A DNA stretch of 64,000 bases from Nitrospirales bacterium (lineage in GTDB: Bacteria; Nitrospirota; Nitrospiria; Nitrospirales; UBA8639): positions 2,496,001 through 2,560,000 of the forward strand of contig OY820905.2 in the NCBI GenBank assembly GCA_963555755.3, read 5' to 3'. Made by a program: the position numbers and the translations under genes. This document shows positions 59,745 to 64,000 of this stretch, one piece after another. The notes below the pieces were generated by a model. That model worked only from the letters and a program-made list of their open reading frames with translations. It did not search any database and had not been told where the DNA came from. Numbering within the stretch: the first letter of the stretch is position 1; each line of letters begins with the position of its first letter.

Positions 59745-62594
59745 ATGAAATCCGTATTGAATATCGTTCTGTTTGCGGTGTGTGGTGGTCTCGTGGCCAT
59801 GAGTCCTCTGGCTATTTCCTGGGAAGACAGCCTCTATGATCAGCGCATGATCTGGTGGGTCGAGCGCCATCCCCGCAGCGCAGAGATCGTGTTGATCGGG
59901 TTAGACCAGCCCCCACGGGACTATGTGTGCGGGAGTTTTTCGACCCGCGATCAACCCACCGCCCATACGCCACTGGCCGGCATGCTTGAGGCCCTGGACA
60001 AGCTATCCCCAAAGGCCGTGGCACTGGCGTTTCATCTACCGGACTGTGAGGCCCTTAAGCATCTGGGCGCAAAGTTGGCCCCCCTGCGAAATCGAGGCAT
60101 TCCGCTGGTATTGATTCCCCCGAAACCGACATCCGGTGAACGCAATATTCCCAGGACCCTGTTACTCCAATCTCTGCACATCGAAGACGACCCCGACTGG
60201 TATCGTGTCCAGTATGGCGATACGTTATCGACGATGGCCCAACGATTTCGCACAACGGTGGCCACACTCAAGGCCTTGAATCAATTATCAGACGATACGA
60301 TTCACATCGGACAGCGACTGCGGGTCAGTCAAAGAGCGGAAGGATTATCGTCCCCTCCCCCCGTCATGCACATGACGGCGATTGGCTCCCTCCAGGTGAA
60401 GACACATACCGCACCAGACGGGATCCTCCGAACGGTGGCATGGTCAGGCTCCAGTGTCCCTCCCGTCGGATCCGTCCTGGCCGATCTTCTGTCACCCGGC
60501 GGAGATACCCCCACGGACTCCACCCTCCGACTTCCTTCCGGAATTCCGGAGAACCGGACCTGGCACATTGCCTATAGTGAACCCTGGGACGGGACACCCC
60601 GACCGTTTCACTATCAATCTCTCGACAACTTTTCCGCCCTGGACGAACGGGCGAAGGAAGTCCTCATCACAGATAAGGTAGTGATCCTCTTCGACGCGAC
60701 TGAAGAGTTTCAGGTCCGCACGCCGCGTGATGAACGCGTCCCCCGGGCCTATATCCATGCACAGCTACTGCTCAATCGTTTGACGGGGATGACCATCACG
60801 ACGGCCCCCCCGTGGCAGACCGTGTGTCTGGTCCTTCTCGGCAGTGTCGCCATGGTGAGTCTGTATCGATTCAAGCATTACAGACGATGGAGCGACAGCA
60901 CCCCGGCCATCATCTGGTTGTATCCTCTCGGCTGGGCACTGCTGCTGGCCCTGATCTATGGACTGGGTCAGTACAAGGCGTTTCTGATGGCGCAGTACAT
61001 GGTCCCGGTCATCCCACCACTGGTGGCTATCGGCATCGCCGCTATAGGGGTCGCCATCCTCACGTGGCAACAGTCCTTTGCGCGCCTGGCCTCCCGGATG
61101 GAAGGCATGCAATCGGAACGGGATGCCATGCTCGATGAACGCGCCCGTTTACTTGAGACGGCGGAGGGGAATACGGAAGAGGTTCTGGAAATGAATCGCC
61201 AGTTGCATGAGAAAGATGCCGCCATTCTGCTCCTCAAAGTCGAGCAGGAACGACAGAAAAATATTCAACGAAAATTCCTTCCCCACACCGTTGCCCTGAC
61301 GCCATTACAGGATGCCGACATGGCCACGTTACAGCAGCAGGCTGCCGCCATGGGTATTCTGACCCGGGACGAGGGGATGTTACGAGCCTTTAACCAGCTT
61401 CAACAACTGGCCAATATTCCCAAGGCCCCCGTCTATATTTTCGGGGAAACGGGAACAGGGAAGGAACGGTACGCGAAGGCCCTCCACCTCTTGAGTGACC
61501 GCGCCAAAGGTCCGTTTGAAACCATCAACATGGGGGAACTCACCGGAGACAAACTCCTGGCGCGGCTGTTTGGACAGGAGAAAGGCGGGTTCACAGGTAT
61601 TGAAAGCCGCCAAGGTCTGTTTCACCTGGCGGATCAAGGCACTCTGTTCCTCGATGAAATTGCCAATCTCGACACGGAAGGGCAGCGCCAGATATTGCGG
61701 GTGTTAGAGAATGGCAGCTTTACCCCGCTTGGCGGAAGGGCCGCGGTGGTCACCGATGTGCGTCTGGTCATCGCCACGAATAAAAACCTGAAAAAAGAAT
61801 GGGCTGCCGGACGATTCATGGAGGATCTGTACCACCGTCTGACGCGTGGCGGGATCATCAGGCTCATTCCGTTACGGAATCGTGCCAGGGACGATCTCCA
61901 GCTACTGGCCGAATCGCTTCTCACCAACCATTGTCAGACCATCTCGCGTCTTCCTGTTCCCCGGCTGACGGAAGAGGCGCGGGACTGGATTCTCACGCAA
62001 CCCTGGCCCGGGAATATTCGCGAGCTGGATGGCGTCTTGTTCCGAAGCCTCCTGGCCAACCCGGACGCGTTGACGATTCAACAGGAGCATCTGGTGCACG
62101 CGGTCGATACCGACGTCACCCCCGCCCCGGGTGAACACGCTGCACCACCCACGGGTCCGGCCCTGTCCCCCGTCGTGCCTGACCCGTTCACCACCCCGAT
62201 GTCGGATGAACAGTTCATGGAATTGTTCTGTCAGTATCAGGGAGCCATCGGCGAGGTGGCGGAGCATCTGGGGTTGCACCGGGACCGTGTCCGGTTACGG
62301 GTGAAGGGATTGGCGTTGGAGGCCATGTGTCAGGGTGCGGGCCCCGACCACGAACAGAGTTGTGAGCGGATGCTCCGGGGCCATTCCCTATCCCGTGCGT
62401 CCCGGCGAAAGCTGGAGAAGAAATTGCAAGGATACTGGGAGACGTTCGTGAAAACCTGTCAGGACTGGACCTCACCGGAAGATGTCATGACCGCCATCTG
62501 GCAACAAAATGAGAATATGCCCTCCCGCAAACACTATCTCCGTGACCTGGACGCCTTCATCCAGCGACACTATTCCTCCCTGAGGGGCTGTTGA
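59745..62594 (+). CDS. Transmembrane sigma-54-type AAA+ activator with a CHASE2-like sensor and an inserted LysM domain
   Basis: EIVLIGLD and DKVVIL..TP..P..IHA (CHASE2-like); YRVQYGDTL..ALNQLSDDTIHIGQRLRV (LysM); three TMs; GETGTGKE, GGFTG, LFLDEI, WPGNIREL. Confidence 0.85.
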   Translation: MKSVLNIVLFAVCGGLVAMSPLAISWEDSLYDQRMIWWVERHPRSAEIVLIGLDQPPRDYVCGSFSTRDQPTAHTPLAGMLEALDKLSPKAVALAFHLPDCEALKHLGAKLAPLRNRGIPLVLIPPKPTSGERNIPRTLLLQSLHIEDDPDWYRVQYGDTLSTMAQRFRTTVATLKALNQLSDDTIHIGQRLRVSQRAEGLSSPPPVMHMTAIGSLQVKTHTAPDGILRTVAWSGSSVPPVGSVLADLLSPGGDTPTDSTLRLPSGIPENRTWHIAYSEPWDGTPRPFHYQSLDNFSALDERAKEVLITDKVVILFDATEEFQVRTPRDERVPRAYIHAQLLLNRLTGMTITTAPPWQTVCLVLLGSVAMVSLYRFKHYRRWSDSTPAIIWLYPLGWALLLALIYGLGQYKAFLMAQYMVPVIPPLVAIGIAAIGVAILTWQQSFARLASRMEGMQSERDAMLDERARLLETAEGNTEEVLEMNRQLHEKDAAILLLKVEQERQKNIQRKFLPHTVALTPLQDADMATLQQQAAAMGILTRDEGMLRAFNQLQQLANIPKAPVYIFGETGTGKERYAKALHLLSDRAKGPFETINMGELTGDKLLARLFGQEKGGFTGIESRQGLFHLADQGTLFLDEIANLDTEGQRQILRVLENGSFTPLGGRAAVVTDVRLVIATNKNLKKEWAAGRFMEDLYHRLTRGGIIRLIPLRNRARDDLQLLAESLLTNHCQTISRLPVPRLTEEARDWILTQPWPGNIRELDGVLFRSLLANPDALTIQQEHLVHAVDTDVTPAPGEHAAPPTGPALSPVVPDPFTTPMSDEQFMELFCQYQGAIGEVAEHLGLHRDRVRLRVKGLALEAMCQGAGPDHEQSCERMLRGHSLSRASRRKLEKKLQGYWETFVKTCQDWTSPEDVMTAIWQQNENMPSRKHYLRDLDAFIQRHYSSLRGC

Positions 62595-62772
62595 AAAAAC
62601 ATGCCCTGAGTCTGGCCGAAGGGTCCGCCAGCGGCGTTCTCGGGCCTTTGCCGTGCTCACGTACTCACGTACGCTCCGCTCGCCAAAGCCCCTGCGGCCT
62701 TGCCTGTGGAAGGGCGAGTCTTGGCGCGCCTGGGTTGGGCGGGTCAGACAACGGGCCTTTTTGAACAGCCCC
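62584..62772. repeat. Family A repeat copy 7; supplies the stop codon of the sigma-54 activator
   Basis: GGGGCTGTTGAAAAA...CTCACGTACTCACGTACGCTCCG...TTTTTGAACAGCCCC. Confidence 0.8.
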
Positions 62773-63191
62773 TGGCTATTTGGTGTTCACTCAATTAATC
62801 AAATGTTATTGGTTTTATAGAAATTTTGAACCTTGTTATTCCCCTATCACTCCGCGATGGGGTAACCGTTGAAGTCCCCCCTTTGGAAGTTGAAGTCCCC
62901 CCTTTGGAAAAGGGGGTTAGGGGGATTTTCTAATCCTATTTATTCCACAGTCTCCCTGACGAAATCCTAACAACCTGCGAGGCGCGTCCGCGCCTTTTAT
63001 TCCCCGCCACACGCCGTGCCGTGACGGCAGCCATGCCGTGACCAGGCGTGAGACCACGGCATCATTGCCGTGAGCCACAATCAGGCAACTCATCACATTC
63101 AATACCTCACTATCCTCCTAACCCCGCATAAACACGACAGAATCTCATCCTACCCTGTGCCACGTTAAAAAAAATCATCGACCGGTCGAGC

Positions 63192-63207
63192 TGGCATGGA
63201 ACTGGCA
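63192..63207 (+). promoter_or_regulatory. Possible sigma-54 -24/-12 promoter
   Basis: TGGCATGGAACTGGCA has GG-N10-GC spacing and lies downstream of a sigma-54 activator gene. Confidence 0.35.
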
Positions 63208-63696
63208 ATTGTGCCTTGCAGGTGAACGCACGGCCGCAACGTTTCAGGCACGTAAGAGCGAAAGGAGATGCCCCATGCCACCACGACCCGACCCGCGGAA
63301 AGTCCACCGCCATCCGTTTATTTCAAAATTTCAAAAAGGGAGGCGCTTTCCCAGATGGCCCGAACGTACACGCAAGGAACTGGAACGCCTCCGCGTCACC
63401 ACCCCGCAGACCCCGGCGGTTCCTCCACGGTGGCTGCGTATTGCTCCGGCACAGTACCTGAAGGAACGCTGGCCGGACACCGTCGTCATGATTTCCCCCG
63501 GCCGGAAAGCACAGGTGCCGGTTCGGCTGGTTCTGACAGCGGATCAGCCCCCCTGTCGCCGGCATGTGGAAGAAAAACAGGGCTCGTGTGAGACAGCATC
63601 GAGCCTGGTTGATGTATCACAATTATTCACCGCGTTCGCAGCGATCGACGCCACAAAGCCGGGCGGATCGCTCGCGGTCGTCAGGAAGGAGACATC

Positions 63697-64000
63697 ATGA
63701 AACAGAGGAATCAACTCATACCCGGAATCACCATTTTTCTCGTGATGCTGATTGGAGGCGGATGGGTGACCTATCAGCTTCTTCTCGATGAAACAACGTC
63801 CAGTACAAAAAAAATGACAAATGTTCAGCGCACCAGCAAGAACGCGCTGCCCCACGCGCGTCCGGTTTCATCCCGACCGGTTGCCGTGACGACCACGTCC
63901 TCGTCCACCACCATGACGGATCCTGAAACAGCCCGCACTCAACCGGCGAAGAAGACTCCTGTGGAAACGGGTTCGTCCCTCGCACATGCCTCGACTGTCC
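63697..64000 (+). CDS. Membrane-anchored hypothetical protein (runs off the right edge)
   Basis: AAGGAG RBS; MKQRNQLIPGITIFLVMLIGGGWVTY then a Thr/Ser/Pro-rich linker, open to the end of the window. Confidence 0.6.
   Translation, partial: MKQRNQLIPGITIFLVMLIGGGWVTYQLLLDETTSSTKKMTNVQRTSKNALPHARPVSSRPVAVTTTSSSTTMTDPETARTQPAKKTPVETGSSLAHASTV

Noticed and set aside
1499..62772. CRISPR array
   Set aside because: Repeats are dispersed palindromes or 7-mers, not regularly spaced with unique spacers; no cas genes.
63209..63700. 163-aa ORF after the possible sigma-54 promoter
   Set aside because: No recognisable motifs and several overlapping alternative frames; coding status unresolved.

Overview
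Bacterial chromosomal window. Gene content and repeat families suggest Nitrospirota/Nitrospirales, which is an inference. 1-19.8 kb is a catabolic supercluster. Its minus-strand operon encodes a heme-oxygenase-like diiron enzyme, an acyl-CoA ligase, 2-oxoacid dehydrogenase E1a/E1b/E2, a thiolase (frameshifted), 3-hydroxybutyryl-CoA dehydrogenase and methylmalonyl-CoA mutase. A divergent operon encodes a half-size HPPD-like VOC protein, hmgA, FAH and a PRTase-like protein. An enoyl-CoA hydratase and prpD-prpB-prpC follow, with a vapBC islet bounded by a duplicated prpC 3' end. 20-42 kb is mixed housekeeping and accessory DNA. It holds a candidate ~200-nt structured ncRNA, a DUF1566 gene resembling a remote DGR target, and two inverted ISL3-like copies that appear to have inverted the ~12.5 kb between them. 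42-48 kb is a mobile-element pile-up (IS5, IS6, IS4, group II twintron). 47.6-59.4 kb is an island bounded by degenerate tRNA-Lys 3' halves. It carries the most interesting system: an apparently MerR-regulated operon (merR, DUF169, glutaredoxin-like, SAM methyltransferase, HgcA-like corrinoid membrane protein, small protein, Cys-rich double-YHS protein) with no hgcB ferredoxin and no merA/merT/merP. The window ends with a CHASE2-LysM-TM-sigma54 activator. At least five families of palindromic MITE/ERIC/REP-like repeats are scattered throughout. All calls come from motif recognition by eye; no database searches were run.
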